64,000 bases of DNA from a virus. Numbering within the stretch: position 1 is the stretch's first letter; each line of letters opens with the position of its first letter. Shown one piece after another: positions 59,468-64,000 of this stretch. The position numbers and the translations under genes are program-made. The stretch is from positions 50,271 to 114,270 of the IMG/VR virus record IMGVR_UViG_3300019757_000003. One strand, 5' to 3'. Below the pieces are notes generated by a model. That model was given only the letters and a program-made list of their open reading frames with translations. It did not search any database and was not told the origin of the DNA.

Positions 59468-61213
59468 TTAATATACTTCTGCGTCTGCTGTAAAGCTCAA
59501 TAGGTCGGATTGTGTTGTAGAGTCTCCCACAGTTGCATAACATATCAACATTTGTCTTGTTCTGGTGGAGAGAGTAGCAGTCCCAACAGAAAAATTCAAA
59601 TTTGTAATATTAGGAATTACTCGCATAGTTGCAGGAAAAAACACATTACAAGTTCGTCCAATATTTGTCGAATTAGGCAAAAAAGTATAAAGTCTCTGTG
59701 GTAAAATCCAAAAATAAGCATAACACAATCTCTGCTCATCTTCTTCAAATCTAAACTCCTGTTCAGTAATCTCACTACCCTCTTCTAACTGTAAGTTATT
59801 ATTTGTTTGAAGAGTAATAACATTCCAAACACCACTAGCAGGACTCGTTAAAGTAGCCACAAACACACCATTATTACTTAAAGTATAAACAGTATTTGGC
59901 TTATAGTTCCCCTCTATTATAGGTTGTACTTTCTGTGTCGCATCCCACTTTCTCCACCTATCGTATCCATACTCTCCTACAGATACAGAACTCCAATCAC
60001 CACTAAAACCTCTTTGATTGATTGTGTTGTTTGGATTAATAAGTATGTTTTTGCCTATTATTTGAGTCTTATCAGCCTTTAAAGCCAATTTAGCATCATT
60101 CTCCACTTTAGTATATACATCTACCTTATTAGCCTTCTCGCTATCTAACTCTTCCAAAGCATCTTGAACATTAGTAGATTCTATGTCCCCAACTGGTACA
60201 ACACTTATACCACTAGCATTAGTTGTAACATCATAAGAGCTTGATGAAGCTAATATACTGTGAAATACAGGTATAGAGTAACCATCACCATCTGCTCTTA
60301 CTTCAATCCTAATTGTGCAAGGAGCTGAAGGCATGCCATTTCTACCTATAGTCAAAAGTGTAATAATATTCGCTATCTCTGTATCACCGTTGTTTGTACT
60401 CATTATAGCCATCTCTGTAGCTATAACAGAGTCATCAGCCGTATTAATTAAGTCAAATGTAACAGTACGAGTAGAGTTAGTAGTACTTGCAAATGTAACA
60501 GTACTTGAAAAGTTATAACTAGCATTTTTGTAGAATGTTATAGTCTCGGCAGTATCATCAACTGAGAACACATCTTCATCTGTTGAGCCTATATTTGTAG
60601 CAAAACTTAATACTTGATTAGATGTAGTTATTACTGTAGTATCGTCATTATGTATCTGACACTGAGCAGTTGCAAGGTTAGCTATTGCTTGAGTATTATT
60701 TAAGATACTTTGCTTATCCACATCACTAAACTTATTTGTATCAGCTAAACCCTCATAAAGAGCTTCTATCTCTAAATCCGTTTGGTCTGCAGTTGCTCCA
60801 TCTTCTATGGTAGCTAGCTTATCTTTCTCAGTTGTGGAGTAGTCTTCTGTAGATAATTGCTTACCTACTACTTTATCCACCTTTAAAGCTTGTCCTGTAA
60901 TAAACTCAGCACTGTTAATAAAATCAGATAGATTAACTACTACATCAGCTCCACCTTGAGAGTTAGTTAAAGTAAGTACATTGGTAATAGCATCTAAAGT
61001 AGCTCCATCAACATAAATATCTGTAACCACATCATCTAAATTTAGATTAGAGATAGTTCCATCTATGTAAGTAACTACCAACCAATTGTTAATAGGGTCA
61101 GTGACTACACTCTCTACTTTATTGAGATTTATAGCATCTACAAAAGCATCTGTAAAATTATTATCTGAAGCACTACTTAGTAATCCAAAAGGATCAATTA
61201 TTGTCTGTTGCAT
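59468..61213 (-). CDS. tail fibre protein
   Basis: KVDKVVGKQLSTEDYS, STNVQDALEEL, NILINPN..INQRG, YGYDRW, QLEEG, FPATMR. Confidence 0.8.
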   Translation of the reverse strand: MQQTIIDPFGLLSSASDNNFTDAFVDAINLNKVESVVTDPINNWLVVTYIDGTISNLNLDDVVTDIYVDGATLDAITNVLTLTNSQGGADVVVNLSDFINSAEFITGQALKVDKVVGKQLSTEDYSTTEKDKLATIEDGATADQTDLEIEALYEGLADTNKFSDVDKQSILNNTQAIANLATAQCQIHNDDTTVITTSNQVLSFATNIGSTDEDVFSVDDTAETITFYKNASYNFSSTVTFASTTNSTRTVTFDLINTADDSVIATEMAIMSTNNGDTEIANIITLLTIGRNGMPSAPCTIRIEVRADGDGYSIPVFHSILASSSSYDVTTNASGISVVPVGDIESTNVQDALEELDSEKANKVDVYTKVENDAKLALKADKTQIIGKNILINPNNTINQRGFSGDWSSVSVGEYGYDRWRKWDATQKVQPIIEGNYKPNTVYTLSNNGVFVATLTSPASGVWNVITLQTNNNLQLEEGSEITEQEFRFEEDEQRLCYAYFWILPQRLYTFLPNSTNIGRTCNVFFPATMRVIPNITNLNFSVGTATLSTRTRQMLICYATVGDSTTQSDLLSFTADAEVY

Positions 61214-61464
61214 TATGTTAAATCCGTTCTTGCTAATTTAGCATCTCTAGGACTACTTCTAAAGTAAACTACCTTGCCAGCAGGACAAACTAGATGTTCT
61301 CTATACTCAAGTGTAGACCAACCATCTTGATCTAATTGATTAAATTGGTACTCACACATACTACTAACTGTTAGTTGTAGTGATACATCAACACTAGGTG
61401 TTAATTGGTACTCCTCCAAGGCTACTAGGGGTATCCCATATAAGCTATTATCTATTACTGTCAT
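61213..61464 (-). CDS. small tail-associated protein
   Basis: Coupled ORF in the tail module. Confidence 0.55.
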   Translation of the reverse strand: MTVIDNSLYGIPLVALEEYQLTPSVDVSLQLTVSSMCEYQFNQLDQDGWSTLEYREHLVCPAGKVVYFRSSPRDAKLARTDLT

Positions 61465-61910
61465 CCACTCTCCTTGTTTCTTATAAGTGTGTCTTTAAAG
61501 AATTTGTCAGCATTATACTGTATAACATCTTTACCTATACCTAAATCATAGTTAGTAAACAAACTTTCTATAATCCATTCATATTGCTTTGCATCTGTAT
61601 ATTTTCTATACTCTACTTGTGCCATATAAGCTTCTAGTTCACTAACTAATCTATAATTAGAAGATAAATATTTCAGTAGACTATCCAATAACCATAGTCT
61701 ACCAAATTGTTTAGCGTGAACCATTTCATGTTTTAATAGTCCTAAGTCGTCTTTCTTAGAAGGGTCTATCTCAATAACACACTTAATTAAGTAGCAAGTA
61801 CAACTACCAGATAATTCAGGTTTAATGTAGTGTATTGTACTAGGAATAGCCCACTTCCCTAAAGAAGTGAACCTTGTATCAGAGTACAGTCTAACCAAAA
61901 ATCCTAACAC
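61461..61910 (-). CDS. HExxH zincin-like protein
   Basis: LLKHEMVHAKQF...ELEAY. Confidence 0.6.
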   Translation of the reverse strand: MLGFLVRLYSDTRFTSLGKWAIPSTIHYIKPELSGSCTCYLIKCVIEIDPSKKDDLGLLKHEMVHAKQFGRLWLLDSLLKYLSSNYRLVSELEAYMAQVEYRKYTDAKQYEWIIESLFTNYDLGIGKDVIQYNADKFFKDTLIRNKESG

Positions 61911-63403
61911 TAGCGTATCCTTGTGTAAATAGGTAAACTAGTAGTTGGGTCTGTAGTTGCTGTTATCAGTCCCACAACACCTGTATCCTCTAGCATAAGT
62001 AATGAACTTAGTGAGTAAGAGTTAGGACTAATAAGAAAAGTCCCTTGTGTTGTATTTAGTATGTAATTTCCACTACTACCATAGTTCAAAAATACAGAAG
62101 AGGGAAAGGTAGCTCCTGTAGATGTATAATCACTCAAATTGTATTGTTTTATCATTCTACGCTCAGAAGCAGAATAAACTTCACTAAAAGTGTAAATAAA
62201 TCCATCTTTTATATAAGCTTGTCTTGGACTCCCATGATTATTAGCATAACTGTCGATAGGTATAAGCGTTGGTGTTATTTCAATAAAATCTAAACCAAAA
62301 GTTGAAACAAATCCATTTACTTCTAATATAAAAACATCCCTAGTAGAGTCATAGGCTATAAACAGAGATTGTCGTGGTATAGTAACTGTAAGAGTAAAAC
62401 TTTCCACAAATACTCCAGATGCACTGTAAACATCTACAGAAGACCCAGCACTACCACTCAAATAGTCAACATCAGGTTTAGTGAGTATATAAAATACTCC
62501 TTGTCTAATAGTCAAATCTATAATATACCCTACAGTGTCAAAACTCCATCCAGTGTACCTACCTGCTAAATCAAAACGATACACAGTACGCCCATTGTAG
62601 TCTGCCTTGTAGTAGTATCCATTGTCATAAGTAGCCTCTCTATCATTTACTATAGGGAACATAAAGTCACCAGTAGTAAGAATATTTGTGTTTACATCAA
62701 TACGCTCATAACCAATTCTAAAATCATCCCCAGTTGACCTATTCGTCAGGAGTACCTCGCCATCAACTGTAGTTATAGCGTCAGATAAAGAGCTAGATAT
62801 TGCTGTAACATATGCCCAGTCACTATCGTATTTAAGTACCCTAGAGTCCAGTGTAGTAACCCAAAAAAACCCTGCATTATATGTTGCACAGAACCCTGGG
62901 AGGGAACCACTAAAACTAAACAAATCTGTGTGTTGCCTGCTTACATTCTGGAACACAAAGGATGTATCATATTTATGTATATTATCAATATTTGAAGCAC
63001 CGTTTTCAATACACCAAACCACACCTAGATCTGTGTCATAAACAAATGATTCTATACTATGAGTTAAGGTATAGGTTGTACCTGTAGGTGTGAAGTTCTT
63101 ATCTGTTTGGGCTATAATATTAGTACTCATAGCAGATAGCACATAATAAAAACTACCTATTTCAATAAAAGAGTGTACATCTATTGGAGTAACAGGGACT
63201 ATCTCTGTTTGGTTTAGTACAATGGGAGTATGTGTGGCTAGTGGGTACAGCACACTACTAGAAACCTCTCCACTCTTCAACCAAGTAGTATACACATTAC
63301 TAACAGTAGATTCTACTGAATTGAAAGGAAGTGTACCATTTATTGGTATTCCTCCATTACTATCTTTAATTATATCACTTAAATTCATACTATTACTCTC
63401 CAA
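61910..63403 (-). CDS. tail/receptor-binding protein, probable beta-propeller repeats
   Basis: WLKSG..YPLA N-terminus; repeated beta strands; terminal LPIYTRIR. Confidence 0.65.
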   Translation of the reverse strand: MESNSMNLSDIIKDSNGGIPINGTLPFNSVESTVSNVYTTWLKSGEVSSSVLYPLATHTPIVLNQTEIVPVTPIDVHSFIEIGSFYYVLSAMSTNIIAQTDKNFTPTGTTYTLTHSIESFVYDTDLGVVWCIENGASNIDNIHKYDTSFVFQNVSRQHTDLFSFSGSLPGFCATYNAGFFWVTTLDSRVLKYDSDWAYVTAISSSLSDAITTVDGEVLLTNRSTGDDFRIGYERIDVNTNILTTGDFMFPIVNDREATYDNGYYYKADYNGRTVYRFDLAGRYTGWSFDTVGYIIDLTIRQGVFYILTKPDVDYLSGSAGSSVDVYSASGVFVESFTLTVTIPRQSLFIAYDSTRDVFILEVNGFVSTFGLDFIEITPTLIPIDSYANNHGSPRQAYIKDGFIYTFSEVYSASERRMIKQYNLSDYTSTGATFPSSVFLNYGSSGNYILNTTQGTFLISPNSYSLSSLLMLEDTGVVGLITATTDPTTSLPIYTRIR

Positions 63404-63999
63404 TCAGTTCCGTTACTTATTAATTTAAACTCTATTCCATTAGTATCAGCAATGATACTTGTATCAGCTGTATCCAATAACCTAACCAAACTACCGTTAC
63501 CATCAATAGTTATGTTAAAGTCTTCACTAGTCTCACCAGTGTAGAATGTAATCTGATCATTTAGTGTGTGTACTACAGGCAATGATACAGTAAAAGTAGT
63601 AGTAGCTTGTAAGAATATGTAATCTTGATTCTCAGCAATGTAAGTAGCATCAATTACTATATACTTATTATGGTCTCTACCTAAGAAGAACCACTCAGCA
63701 GTATTCTGTATGTGTTCAGGTGATATAATAGTAACACCATTTAATTTACAAGCATATAGTAACCTACCAAAACTAACAGTATCACCAATATTATAGGTCT
63801 CACCTGGATCCCAGTCACCTTTATATCCAATAAAATCAGTAGCAACTAATGCAGACTGTTCTGCATTTTGAGCAGCTAGTTCAGCTTGTGTGGCAGATAA
63901 ACTTGAAGCATCAGCAGAATCACTAGAAGCAGTCTCACTAGCTAAAGCATTATCTGCTGAGGTTTGAGCATCAGTAGCACTTAGTACAGCTTCATCTTT
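63385..63999 (-). CDS. 5'-truncated tail fibre protein
   Basis: Frame is open to the window edge: Ala/Ser-rich coil, YKGDWDPGETYNIGDTV (CBM-like), TVSLP...WRV. Confidence 0.75.
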   Translation of the reverse strand, partial: KDEAVLSATDAQTSADNALASETASSDSADASSLSATQAELAAQNAEQSALVATDFIGYKGDWDPGETYNIGDTVSFGRLLYACKLNGVTIISPEHIQNTAEWFFLGRDHNKYIVIDATYIAENQDYIFLQATTTFTVSLPVVHTLNDQITFYTGETSEDFNITIDGNGSLVRLLDTADTSIIADTNGIEFKLISNGTDWRVIV

Positions 64000-64000
64000 A

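Noticed and set aside
1-64000. Stop-codon recoding, DGR or inteins
   Set aside because: Long genes are intact in the standard code. I saw no reverse transcriptase or TR/VR pair, and no intein motifs in PolA, NrdA or the helicase.

Overview
A 64-kb piece of an AT-rich lytic dsDNA podophage genome related to N4 (Schitoviridae-like). AAGGA-type SD sites and TTAAGT...TGnTATAAT promoters suggest a Campylobacterota-like host (inference). The + strand (1-34.3 kb) carries replication, nucleotide-metabolism and accessory genes: RNA ligase, SF1 helicase, PD-(D/E)XK nuclease, PolA, helicase-primase, two DNA methyltransferases, SSB-like protein, AAA ATPases, NrdB/NrdA, an Apyc1-like MBL hydrolase, ThyX-like, MazG-like and two GIY-YIG/T5orf172 endonucleases. 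The - strand (34.3-64 kb) carries the N4-type virion module: SLT, virion RNAP, gp53-gp59-like genes including MCP and portal, the lysis cassette and tail genes. Most notable: (1) the virion RNAP appears split into 2664-aa and 984-aa genes whose only cysteines sit at the junction (…EGCE* / MSC…), suggesting a covalent head-to-tail link; (2) a GIY-YIG-like domain and a dead DEDDh-like domain lie inside the vRNAP; (3) a ~680-nt structured non-coding RNA and two ~100-nt double-T-loop tRNA-like elements; (4) a DUF3310 gene fractured by an endonuclease cassette that carries a second DUF3310 domain; (5) a C4-like hairpin/pseudoknot leader; (6) ATC/ATA starts behind perfect SD sites. All family assignments are by eye from motifs; no searches were run.
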